Shown here piece after piece: positions 45,644-54,548 of a stretch of DNA of 64,000 bases (the stretch's first letter is position 1; every line of letters starts with the position of its first letter). The position numbers and the translations under genes were made by a program. Source of the DNA: a virus (lineage: Duplodnaviria > Heunggongvirae > Uroviricota > Caudoviricetes). The notes beneath the pieces were generated by a model. It was given only the letters and a program-made list of their open reading frames with translations, was not told the origin of the DNA and did no database searches. The stretch lies in IMG/VR virus record IMGVR_UViG_3300042564_004805, positions 1 through 64,000 of that record; one strand, 5' to 3'.

Positions 45644-46011
45644 AAACTGGGACTCCAGCCATGACTATAGTGAATGCCCCAATATCCAGCTGCAAATCTA
45701 CTTTTGCTGTGTGCTGTTTTTGAATAGGTAACAAAAGGAGAGTCTTGGACATTTTGTGGATTCGTATGCTTGATTGGCCAAACGCCAATTTTGTCCAAAG
45801 GTTCTTCCTTTGCTTCCAGTTGCTCAAAAGTGATGTGCCACCCCAGCGACTTTTCCAACGCCTCTTGACTAGAGAATGTTTCAGTTGTTTGGCTGCTTAG
45901 GAGCGTGTAAGATCCATCCTGGGCACTGAGCACTCCAACTCTATTCCCCCATTCAGTCAACATCCAACTTTGTGCACTGATGGGTTTGGCTGAGATTTTC
46001 TTCATTGTCAA
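45529..46011 (-). CDS. hypothetical protein
   Basis: ORF only. Confidence 0.4.
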   Translation of the reverse strand: MTMKKISAKPISAQSWMLTEWGNRVGVLSAQDGSYTLLSSQTTETFSSQEALEKSLGWHITFEQLEAKEEPLDKIGVWPIKHTNPQNVQDSPFVTYSKTAHSKSRFAAGYWGIHYSHGWSPSFCPKMETVENAPTVGPFSSKLELNTVLNKKQKEGQKQP

Positions 46012-46507
46012 CTACCTTGAACTTTGCCCTACGGGCCTTCGCTTGTGTTTCTGTCTGCCAGTTACACATCAAGTCTGCAACAGCAACCAGCTTTGTCAAC
46101 TCATCAGGTGCTAGTGCCCCTGGATAAGATTCGTTGAATTTAAGCAATTGTTTTCTTAAGGAGTTTCCATGTTGGTTAAATGAATTTTCAAAAGGCAATA
46201 TGTTGTAGTCAAAAACACCATCTGCTATTTTTAGGGTTATATCTATACCATCGCGGCACCAAATGCTAGCAGTATTTGGAATTGGGGCCTGTTGCCAATC
46301 AAAACTTTCACTAGTAATACAAACCAAACGATTGTTGTTTTTGATGATGCGACTCCAAATTTTGTATAGGTCTGGTTCACCAATAAGTGGTACACACGTC
46401 TTTAACCACCATCCGCGGCCAGGATGGCTCTTTTGTTGAAAGTGTGTGATCTCAGGAGGTTGACATGAGACTAGGATGTTCCAGATGTTTTGAAAATCCA
46501 AATCCAT
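45953..46507 (-). CDS. hypothetical protein
   Basis: ORF only. Confidence 0.4.
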   Translation of the reverse strand: MDLDFQNIWNILVSCQPPEITHFQQKSHPGRGWWLKTCVPLIGEPDLYKIWSRIIKNNNRLVCITSESFDWQQAPIPNTASIWCRDGIDITLKIADGVFDYNILPFENSFNQHGNSLRKQLLKFNESYPGALAPDELTKLVAVADLMCNWQTETQAKARRAKFKVVDNEENLSQTHQCTKLDVD

Positions 46508-46515
46508 AGCCTTAT

Positions 46516-47496
46516 TTACTCGGTCAAGTGTCCTTGATATTCACTACTGAAACACACACTGTAATCTGAGGCTGTTTTTTCAATCCGCATCAAACCCCAC
46601 TGTGCTGCAAATTTCAGCAATGCAATGCCCACTTGTGCCTTACGGGGTTGGTTTACTGCATTTTTGATGCAAGTATCCCAAGTTTCCACAAACTCTTGAG
46701 GCTGAGCGGTGAGATCAACAAGAGTACAGTTTCTTTCATATGCGTCACGAACTCGAATCTCTTCTCCGTTGTGGTCTGTCCACGTGCTGAGCATGAGATT
46801 GTTCCAGGAATAGCCTTGGGACACTTTGTTTTCAAATGCTTCCAACATCTTTTTCTTCCGCACACCTGGGAATGCACTCATGACATTATCACTGGCATCA
46901 CCCCTAATGCATTTTTCAAACAAAATCCATTCAGGATGAGGCACTGGTAGTGCCTCGCCCTTCTTGTTGTGCGCAAGATTGCCATCTTTGTCGTAAATTC
47001 CGTTTATGGTATAGAGCAACGCACTGATACCATCGTAAATTTTAACATTCGTGGCTAGCAGTTGTTGAAAGTCACTGTCAGTGCTGACAATCACATGATC
47101 ATCACCCGGATGCAATTGGATCCAACGTGCAATGAGATCATCTGCTTCAGCTTGTGGCGCCTTCAACACTGTTGCATTGGTACGCGAGCTTACGAACTTA
47201 ATGAAGTCATCAAGAGCTTCATAAAACACTCGATCTTCTTCCTGTTCATCCGCTGTGCGCTGTCCAGCAGCTACTCGGCGATGAGCTTTGTAAGGCTGGT
47301 AAAAATCCCGTCGCCAACTCCTGCTTTCGAGGCAGCACACTAAATGTGACCCATTGAAATCGTTCCACACCTTTTTGATGCTGGTGAAAATAATGTGCAT
47401 GGCCAAGCCCACTTGTGCATTGAAATCTGGAGCTCTTACACCATATCGAACACGCATCGCCAAATTTTGCAGATCTACAATTACATAAGTGCTCAA
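46516..47496 (-). CDS. rnh: 5'-3' exonuclease / RNase H (T4 rnh, FEN family); TTG start with GGAG Shine-Dalgarno site
   Basis: YVIVDLQNLAMR..LVCCLESRSWRRDFYQPYKAHR..EADDLIA..STDSDF aligns with T4 RNase H; the promoter at 47522-47549 sits inside the listed upstream extension, so the ORF was trimmed. Confidence 0.75.
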   Translation of the reverse strand: MSTYVIVDLQNLAMRVRYGVRAPDFNAQVGLAMHIIFTSIKKVWNDFNGSHLVCCLESRSWRRDFYQPYKAHRRVAAGQRTADEQEEDRVFYEALDDFIKFVSSRTNATVLKAPQAEADDLIARWIQLHPGDDHVIVSTDSDFQQLLATNVKIYDGISALLYTINGIYDKDGNLAHNKKGEALPVPHPEWILFEKCIRGDASDNVMSAFPGVRKKKMLEAFENKVSQGYSWNNLMLSTWTDHNGEEIRVRDAYERNCTLVDLTAQPQEFVETWDTCIKNAVNQPRKAQVGIALLKFAAQWGLMRIEKTASDYSVCFSSEYQGHLTE

Positions 47497-47521
47497 AGTT
47501 CTATCTCCACTATATGACACA

Positions 47522-47549
47522 ACTCTAGCAAGGCTAGGCAGTGTGTCAA
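47522..47549 (-). promoter_or_regulatory. sigma70-like promoter (TTGACA-16-TAGAGT) for rnh
   Basis: plus-strand tgtcaa at 47544-47549 and actcta at 47522-47527. Confidence 0.45.
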
Positions 47550-48166
47550 CTGTATTCAGTCTTCTGTTTGTTAGGTCGCCTTGCTCTCCGGTTAGTTGGT
47601 ATAGCAGTGGCAACAAATGCATCATCTTGTTCGCCCAAATCTGAGGCTACGGCTCGACAAACATCTGTTAACCACTTTTCCACTACTTCTTGCTCACTGG
47701 CACCTTCATAACCGTGGTTGCGGAGAAATTCCACAAAATAACTGTTGTAATCCAATTCAAAAAAGCTTCGTGACGGATCAGTGGGGTCCCAACTGATGTT
47801 GGGCATAGCTACCCAAGGCTCTTTTTTGGCCTCAGCTGTTTGCTTCTCATGCTCATTGCGATCAATTTTGTTGTGTTTGAGTTCAACATCCAACAGGGCT
47901 ATTGCACGATCAACACTGGTTTCTTCAGTAGTCAGCATGCATATTTGCTGGTCAAACTCATACTCAGTAAGTTGCCCATATTTCTTTTTGGATTTGAGAG
48001 TTTTGATCTCTTTCTGAAGAGGATCTTCCTCATTTATTTCAATCAAGCGTAACTCAAGGTCAAGACCCTGCATAGTGTATTCGGCTTCTGCAATTTGTCT
48101 TGTGCGACCTCGTAGACCCCAACTTCCTGGCCAAAGGCCAAAGGGGATTTTTAGATTCTTGCTCAT
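47546..48166 (-). CDS. hypothetical protein
   Basis: 206-aa ORF. Confidence 0.45.
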   Translation of the reverse strand: MSKNLKIPFGLWPGSWGLRGRTRQIAEAEYTMQGLDLELRLIEINEEDPLQKEIKTLKSKKKYGQLTEYEFDQQICMLTTEETSVDRAIALLDVELKHNKIDRNEHEKQTAEAKKEPWVAMPNISWDPTDPSRSFFELDYNSYFVEFLRNHGYEGASEQEVVEKWLTDVCRAVASDLGEQDDAFVATAIPTNRRARRPNKQKTEYS

Positions 48167-48429
48167 GTTTTTTCCTTGAAGTTGTTTGGTAGCACATAAC
48201 TGAGATCTTGTAGATCAAACATGTAGTCGGGTGCTGAAAGTGGCACTGCATACCTCACTTGGGGATGGATGTATTTTTGGTGCTCTGAAATAGGACACTC
48301 AGCCACCCTACTAGCTAGCGTGGAGAGATTGTGGGGATCCTGACCATACGAGATGGTGAAGAATCCCCGGTTGGCCACCAACAGCTCGCCACTATCTGAA
48401 TACCAATCAAATCTGACAGGTATGCTCAT
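48163..48429 (-). CDS. hypothetical protein
   Basis: ORF only. Confidence 0.4.
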   Translation of the reverse strand: MSIPVRFDWYSDSGELLVANRGFFTISYGQDPHNLSTLASRVAECPISEHQKYIHPQVRYAVPLSAPDYMFDLQDLSYVLPNNFKEKT

Positions 48430-48431
48430 GC

Positions 48432-49313
48432 TTAGGCGTAACTTCCAAATAAATGCAATTGCATATTAAAGACGAATCCGTTCTGGACACAATAACGAGC
48501 AGCGTGTTCGTGATTGGCTTGAGCAGTTTGCATATTGATAAGCCCTGGCGTCCAAAAACTCACAACTTCATCCACAATACTGCGTTCTTCAAGACTAATT
48601 TGATTTTTCTCAGCTCGAATTTGCTTGCTTTTCTGCGGTTCATGGTTGTAAATGTTCATGGGACTTACAAACACCTTCTTACCAGTTTGGTCCCGCCAGT
48701 TGTGTGCCCAGTCAGGGACATTATTGTAAGGAGTATCAGAATCTGCACTCATTACAAATTTCAAACAGTCTGCTCTTCCTAGCATTTCTGCTCGTGGTTC
48801 AAGATATTTCACCGGACGGCCATTTTTTTCACTGCACTTGGGACTTACTACTAAGGTAGTTTCCTGAGGAATGTTCTGGACGATAGTGCCGTTGCTTTCA
48901 ATTTGCGTTCGGGCAAACTGGGTATTCATATGCTCTAAAAATGGAACAATGTTTTTTTGTAGCATGGGCTCACCGCCAGTAAGCACGAGAACCATGTTGC
49001 GTTTCTTTACAGGATCACTTCCTGGACCCCCATACACAACATCAGCCCAAAGAGGGGTATTACCATTGAAGCTGTCAGAGATGCTCTTTGCGATTTTGGA
49101 GTCAATCTCTTGGATTGTCATCCAATCACCATCATCAAAGAAAGTATCACAAAATGAACATTGGAGATTGCACTTGGCTAGCCTAACAAACACAGCAGGC
49201 TCGCCTCGATATGGGCCTTCTCCCTGAAATGTGGTGAAAATACTAGTTACAAAAAGTTCATCTTCTGCATTTTTGAAGTAACGTTCACCAACCAGCTCAT
49301 TGCGTCCAAACAT
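48432..49313 (-). CDS. queE: 7-carboxy-7-deazaguanine synthase (QueE, radical SAM)
   Basis: FTTFQGEGPYRGEPAVFVRLAKCNLQCSFCDT and TGGEP match QueE IQGEG..FVR..C..CSWCD..SGGNP. Confidence 0.8.
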   Translation of the reverse strand: MFGRNELVGERYFKNAEDELFVTSIFTTFQGEGPYRGEPAVFVRLAKCNLQCSFCDTFFDDGDWMTIQEIDSKIAKSISDSFNGNTPLWADVVYGGPGSDPVKKRNMVLVLTGGEPMLQKNIVPFLEHMNTQFARTQIESNGTIVQNIPQETTLVVSPKCSEKNGRPVKYLEPRAEMLGRADCLKFVMSADSDTPYNNVPDWAHNWRDQTGKKVFVSPMNIYNHEPQKSKQIRAEKNQISLEERSIVDEVVSFWTPGLINMQTAQANHEHAARYCVQNGFVFNMQLHLFGSYA

Positions 49314-49375
49314 CCTAGATTCTCCTATTTGTTATAATTTTGTTGTAACCATGCAGACAAGTCAAGGAGCTTGTG

Positions 49376-50032
49376 TTAAAGCTGCCAAACTAGTTGATAG
49401 CCGTCATATACAAGCGGCACACAAATGTTTTGAAAGAATTCTTCCACATACTTGCCTTTGCCTATCCGAGAAGAAGAGTCACCAAAATTATCGTCCACAG
49501 CAATCATTGTGCCTGGACCCAAACAACTCCAAATTGCAGTCAATTCTTTCATATGATGAAAACTACTGGGATGAGGATTGTCTGGGTAAAAATCAAAACT
49601 GTCGAGATAGAGTAAGTTTATCTGACGGTTTTCTGCCTGCAACTTTTGACTTAAATTTCGTAACCAAACAACACTGTCTTGACAAAAAATTTGTGTGTTT
49701 GAGCACACTTGTGAGCGAGAAAAATTCACATGAGACTCATCCAAATCAACTGTCAATAGTTGCCCAGAAAAAGTTTCCACATACTTGTCAAAAATTATTG
49801 TACTGAAACCATCACCGTGGAATCCATGTTGTAGGCTGCGACTGCATCCAGTTTCAACAATCAACGGATTGGCAGTTTGTTTTAGATGATTTATCATTAT
49901 TTCAAAGCTGGCTTGGCGCTTACCTGTTTGGGCCAGCATTTGTTCAAGGCTCATGTCCATTTTTATTTCTCCCTTGTTATGTTCTGTAAGTGTGTTGGGT
50001 ATCAAAAGGATAGATATCACTTGTTTTGACAC
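49376..50032 (-). CDS. SAM-dependent methyltransferase (class I, O-MT/Methyltransf_24-like)
   Basis: IVETGCSRS...LLYLDSFD pattern. Confidence 0.5.
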   Translation of the reverse strand: MSKQVISILLIPNTLTEHNKGEIKMDMSLEQMLAQTGKRQASFEIMINHLKQTANPLIVETGCSRSLQHGFHGDGFSTIIFDKYVETFSGQLLTVDLDESHVNFSRSQVCSNTQIFCQDSVVWLRNLSQKLQAENRQINLLYLDSFDFYPDNPHPSSFHHMKELTAIWSCLGPGTMIAVDDNFGDSSSRIGKGKYVEEFFQNICVPLVYDGYQLVWQL

Positions 50033-50849
50033 CTAACCCAGGTGCAACATGTTGCGAGAATTTTTGTGCATTGGATAAGACAAAATTGGGAAAATAGTTG
50101 TTCAATTCCACTGTTTCAAAAAACTGTCCTGGGGTGTGATGGCTACCTTTTGTGGCTATAAATCTGTCAATGTCAAAGTTTTCGACTATTTCAGGTATAT
50201 TCTCATTTGTATGAACAAAACTGTTGATCTTTTGAATACAATGCTGATTGTTTCCCAATGAGCTCCAATGCCAACCTCCATGCGCAACAAAGGCTGTGCC
50301 ATCAGGCAACCCAACCCATGGAAACGTAAATGTTCGTTCTGTTTGAGGGTCAGTAAAGTCTTGAGACTTTGAGACAATAATACTTGGACCAGCTTGCCAA
50401 TCTACCCCATTTGTGGTTTTGATTCTCATGTAATTTAATTTATACAAATACTGTGGAGCAAACAAAATCCAACGAGTGTGCTGACTATCATGTTTTATGC
50501 TAGAAACTACTGATGCTCGAGGAATTTCATCGGCATCAGTTACAATGATCAAATCATCAGGGCTTTTGTCTCCTAGTCCTCGAGCAAGACATCTGCGTTG
50601 ATGATTTTCTCTGAACCAAAGGTTGTCTTCACCGCCAGGCATGTCATCAACAACAATGTGACGAATTTTCTGGGCATATTTTTCAAAGCGTTGTTTGTTT
50701 AGATCAAAATACAAGGGCTTGAACATGCCAGTATGTGTAACATTTGATTCAGCTAACACAAAATAGTCAACAACGTCCCATAGCTCTTCAAGGCGTATTT
50801 CAAGTAGATCTAACTCATTGAAAAAAGTAAAACAATCATATACTTTCAA
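49977..50849 (-). CDS. glycosyltransferase family 17-like (beta-1,4-GlcNAc transferase-like)
   Basis: N-terminus VYDCFTFFNELDLLEIRLEELWDVVDYFVLAESNVTHTGMFKPLYF is the GT17 signature. Confidence 0.75.
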   Translation of the reverse strand: MKVYDCFTFFNELDLLEIRLEELWDVVDYFVLAESNVTHTGMFKPLYFDLNKQRFEKYAQKIRHIVVDDMPGGEDNLWFRENHQRRCLARGLGDKSPDDLIIVTDADEIPRASVVSSIKHDSQHTRWILFAPQYLYKLNYMRIKTTNGVDWQAGPSIIVSKSQDFTDPQTERTFTFPWVGLPDGTAFVAHGGWHWSSLGNNQHCIQKINSFVHTNENIPEIVENFDIDRFIATKGSHHTPGQFFETVELNNYFPNFVLSNAQKFSQHVAPGLGVKTSDIYPFDTQHTYRT

Positions 50850-50867
50850 TTTTTTGTCCTTTGGCAG

Positions 50868-51575
50868 TTACAACAGTATTTTGTTTTGCCAACTGTTGCA
50901 CAAATTTATTTTTTCTGATTCACTTACACCAGGAAAATGCACAGCCCAATCGCCTGGCTGCCATGAGCCATCTGTCAACAGTTTGTCCAAGGCAGGTTTT
51001 GGTATATAAGGATATAGGTTGTAATCATAGCTGTTTAACATTCGTTGAGGCACAACTTGAATCGTTTTGTCCCAAGGATGTGGAATTTTCAAAGACTCGC
51101 CTTGCGGGTAACTTGGGTGGTGTGTGCCGGGGAACCCAAATAACTGATTCAATGCCCACTGTTCTGAGTCCCAATGTTGCAAAGCTTCTTTTTCCACTTT
51201 CAATAACTCGTGCAGTAATGACCGACACTGACTTGAGTTACGAAATAAAATGCTGCCTGTATTGAGGCCATTTACATCAGTTGAGATGAGTAAATCATGT
51301 GTGTCACTAGTTTTTTCTTGTATGGTTGTTTTGAAGTTGGTGATCAAAACATCAGTATCAGTATACCAAAGCCAACTGAGATGTGGGTGTGTGTCAAAAA
51401 GTTCCAACACCGCATGGATTCTGTCAAAGTGACTGGTCCAAGTGGTTTTTTCAAACAGATGATAATTGTGTCTCTGAGCATACAGCTTTTTGTTTTTGTC
51501 CAAGGTTATTTTTGAAAGTTCTGAGAAATTGTTGTTGTAAACAACCAGCAGTCCATACATGTGTTGCCCGATCAA
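50868..51575 (-). CDS. glycosyltransferase (GT34/GMA12-like)
   Basis: YAQRHNYHL...SWLWYTDTDVLITN. Confidence 0.5.
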   Translation of the reverse strand: MIGQHMYGLLVVYNNNFSELSKITLDKNKKLYAQRHNYHLFEKTTWTSHFDRIHAVLELFDTHPHLSWLWYTDTDVLITNFKTTIQEKTSDTHDLLISTDVNGLNTGSILFRNSSQCRSLLHELLKVEKEALQHWDSEQWALNQLFGFPGTHHPSYPQGESLKIPHPWDKTIQVVPQRMLNSYDYNLYPYIPKPALDKLLTDGSWQPGDWAVHFPGVSESEKINLCNSWQNKILL

Positions 51576-52369
51576 AAATAATTTCCATTTATGCGGTCAA
51601 ACCAACAATCGCCCCCGCCTCCTAGAGGAGTTTGTGTTTTTGTATCCCGATTGCCTTCGCACCAATAGCTTTTGCCCAAACCTATCGCTATAGCCAATGG
51701 CGCACTTTGATTGCCAATGAACATTTCACAACCTTGAATTACCTGTGCCAAATGCAACAGATCTAGGGTAGGAAAATAGTCAATAGTCTCCTTGAACTCT
51801 GTTTGCCACTCTTGATGTTCTCTAGGTGTGCCCACAAACACAGCCTGCTTGCACAGACCTTGTTTGATAAAATCCATCCATTTTTGTGTAGCACTGTTGT
51901 CTCTATGTCTAGGTGTTCGATTGATTACTATGGGTCGATTGGGGATAAGGATTGGGCTAACCTGTGTGAGCCAAGGCTCTCTCAACAACTGGTGCTGCAA
52001 TTGAACGTCAGTCATATCCCATCCCAGTCCCAAGGCATAGGCTTGAGTTTGATTACCTTGCCAACCAGAAGGTAATATGAATTTCCAATTTTCAGCTGCT
52101 AAATCATAATCAATGTGCTGGTTGGTATAGATTTGCACTTCATGCAAATAACTTTGGTGTAACAACAGGCTTTCAATGTTTTGAAAATCTTTTTCACTTA
52201 TTCTGCCTGTGAAGGGCTGATTGTACCAACCCAACACATTTCGGCAAAACTCATCAAGGTATCCCAATTTGAGGTAAATGTTGCCACCCCCAAGGATTTT
52301 TACTGCACAAAGACTGTATATTATATCACCAGCAGTGGCATAGGTTATGAAGTTTTTCAGCACAATCAA
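51572..52369 (-). CDS. glycosyltransferase family 9-like
   Basis: N-terminal ATAGDIIYSLCAVKIL GT9-like signature. Confidence 0.45.
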   Translation of the reverse strand: MIVLKNFITYATAGDIIYSLCAVKILGGGNIYLKLGYLDEFCRNVLGWYNQPFTGRISEKDFQNIESLLLHQSYLHEVQIYTNQHIDYDLAAENWKFILPSGWQGNQTQAYALGLGWDMTDVQLQHQLLREPWLTQVSPILIPNRPIVINRTPRHRDNSATQKWMDFIKQGLCKQAVFVGTPREHQEWQTEFKETIDYFPTLDLLHLAQVIQGCEMFIGNQSAPLAIAIGLGKSYWCEGNRDTKTQTPLGGGGDCWFDRINGNYF

Positions 52370-52414
52370 CCCAAGAAAACTATTTCAAAACTATACCAGA
52401 GTCGTGCAAGATTG

Positions 52415-52996
52415 TCACTTTTTCCTAAGAATGATTTCGATAGCTGATTCACCAATGGGTGTCAGTGTTTGATCTTGATTTTGAATATGGTATCGATAAC
52501 TGGCATCCAAAAGCTCAAGCTTCAAGATAGTGAGTTCGGGAAAGTTGGCTAGGAAACTTGTGCAGCTTACAGAAACAGGACTCCAGCTGAGATTTTTTTG
52601 AATTGTCCAAGTAGTTTTGTGATCCCAGTTGAAACGACTGGGAAAAACCCCTTGTTCATAAAGGTCTTCATCTGGAACCAATAGGACCATATGCCCACCT
52701 GGTTGCAAAATTCTGCTCCAGTTTCTCATAGCTTCTGTAGGGTCTCTCATGTGCTCAAGACAATGGCTGCTGAGTAACCAATCAAAACTGTTGTCAGCTA
52801 CACCTGCCATCAACTGCGCATCACCATCAGGTAGGTCCCAATTTCTCACCTGCTGCATTCCTGGAAAAAAATCTTTGTAATTGCTGACTGGGTCATCCCC
52901 AGCACCAATGTCAATGCCATTGCCTACGAAATATCGAGTAATAAATCTGCTGTCAGAGAGCCTTCTCATAACAGCTTTACTGGTTTCATGTGTCAT
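52415..52996 (-). CDS. SAM-dependent methyltransferase (Methyltransf_11/23-like)
   Basis: GIDIGAGDD motif I; LQPGGHMVLLVPD. Confidence 0.7.
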   Translation of the reverse strand: MTHETSKAVMRRLSDSRFITRYFVGNGIDIGAGDDPVSNYKDFFPGMQQVRNWDLPDGDAQLMAGVADNSFDWLLSSHCLEHMRDPTEAMRNWSRILQPGGHMVLLVPDEDLYEQGVFPSRFNWDHKTTWTIQKNLSWSPVSVSCTSFLANFPELTILKLELLDASYRYHIQNQDQTLTPIGESAIEIILRKK

Positions 52997-53501
52997 TTTG
53001 ATTCTCCAAACTGTTGTTTAACGCCTGCCAAGTGAGTTTCCCTTCTCTATGCTCAACTTCTGTTTCCAATGGCCTAATCAGGTCCTCATGGGAAACTTGT
53101 TTAGCTATCCTCAAACACTTTTTAACCCCTTGTAGATAACTTCTTGCTATAGCTACTTCCCCAGCGGCTTTTATGTCAATGCAGTTCTGCAAACTGTCTA
53201 CCAACTTAGATGCTGCCTTAGTGGGATGGTTTTGATGCCAAGTGACCTCACCTTGTATGCTGATGCTTAAGATGGTTTCGCCATAGTCATTGTCAACTCG
53301 CAATGCTTGAGTAGGCCTGGCATTACTGCTACCAAATGTCAGTAACGTACCAACCGTGTAACCTGATCCAAGGTTATTCACTGTGATACCGGTTACACTG
53401 CCTTGACAGACACTGGTTACCTTAAAAATATTAGAGGCCATCAGGAACCTCTGGGCGATTGCAAAAACTCTATAAAACGAGCTTGATCTTCCACAGCCCA
53501 A
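52986..53501 (-). CDS. hypothetical protein
   Basis: ORF only. Confidence 0.4.
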   Translation of the reverse strand: MGCGRSSSFYRVFAIAQRFLMASNIFKVTSVCQGSVTGITVNNLGSGYTVGTLLTFGSSNARPTQALRVDNDYGETILSISIQGEVTWHQNHPTKAASKLVDSLQNCIDIKAAGEVAIARSYLQGVKKCLRIAKQVSHEDLIRPLETEVEHREGKLTWQALNNSLENQNDT

Positions 53502-53725
53502 AAACTGAACCGAAAACTCTCATAGCTGATTTTTTCTGTGGACCAAATATTGGTGCAATTTTCCACACACCAATTGAACAACAGTTCATAACTGGGTTCA
53601 TAACGTTGGTTGGATGGCTTGTAAAGCTCTTCGAAGCTAAGGAGTAATTGATTGTGAATGAGTATTGCCCGAACACTCTCGGGCAACACATTCCACTCTC
53701 TATATCTACTGTTGATGATTTTCAT
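53441..53725 (-). CDS. hypothetical protein
   Basis: ORF only. Confidence 0.4.
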   Translation of the reverse strand: MKIINSRYREWNVLPESVRAILIHNQLLLSFEELYKPSNQRYEPSYELLFNWCVENCTNIWSTEKISYESFRFSFWAVEDQARFIEFLQSPRGS

Positions 53726-53764
53726 ATTTTGACCTAAAAATTCTCTGTTACAATAACTGTTGTA

Positions 53765-54481
53765 TTAGAGAGAGGTCAAGTCAACCATCTTCATAAATTC
53801 AGCACGAGCACTGGGATCCTGTTTGAACGCACCACCCAGCTTGCTGGTAACTGTGCTGCTGCAATCATCTTCAACGCCACGATGACTTACGCAATAGTGC
53901 TTGCCGTGAATGACGACAGCAATGCTATCGGTTTCCAGGATATATTCCATTGCATGAAAGATCTGCTCAGTCAAACGCTCTTGAATTTGTGGTCGGCGGC
54001 TAAAGTATTCGACAATTCGATTGATCTTGCTTAGGCCCAATACCTTTTCTTTGGGAATATAAGCCACAGTTGCTACACCATCAATCACAATGAAGTGATG
54101 TTCGCAGGCACTTTTGACAGTGACATTTCGTTCACACACCATTTCATCATAGCCCATTTTGTTGGCAACAGTGGTGCACTTGGGGAAAGCTTCCCAATCA
54201 AGACCCCAAAAAAGTTCCTGGATAAACATGCGAGCCACTCGTGTCGGCGTTTCAGCCAAACTATCATCTGATAGATTCAAGCCCATTGTTTCCATGATGT
54301 CCTTGAACTTGCGTTCAATAATATCAATTTTGTCTGTGCGGCTTAGGGAATTTTCCACTGTTGGGGTTTCAACCCCTTTGGAAACTAGGTATTCATGTAC
54401 TTTGCGACCCAGTTCAGGATCACATTTTGTGCGATTATAGCTCATATCTTTCCTTTCAAAGCATCTGTCGTTTATGCACAA
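53765..54481 (-). CDS. folE: GTP cyclohydrolase I (FolE)
   Basis: CEHHFIVIDGVATVAYIP..VLGLSKINRIVEYFSRRPQIQERLT..HCVSHRGV..STVTSKLGGAF are canonical FolE motifs. Confidence 0.9.
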   Translation of the reverse strand: MCINDRCFERKDMSYNRTKCDPELGRKVHEYLVSKGVETPTVENSLSRTDKIDIIERKFKDIMETMGLNLSDDSLAETPTRVARMFIQELFWGLDWEAFPKCTTVANKMGYDEMVCERNVTVKSACEHHFIVIDGVATVAYIPKEKVLGLSKINRIVEYFSRRPQIQERLTEQIFHAMEYILETDSIAVVIHGKHYCVSHRGVEDDCSSTVTSKLGGAFKQDPSARAEFMKMVDLTSL

Positions 54482-54548
54482 CGGGTGTTTCCACCAATTT
54501 GCTACCGTAATGTAGCAGACTATTTATAACACAAAAATTGTGTTATTG

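Noticed and set aside
46001-46012. GTTGACA at 46006, which looks like another early promoter
   Set aside because: The hexamer overlaps the start codon itself (TTGACAATGAAG), so it cannot serve as a -35 box for this gene. Coincidental.
53726-53764. Imperfect inverted repeat downstream of folE as a terminator
   Set aside because: Stem pairing is poor (many mismatches) and there is no T-run, so it is not called.
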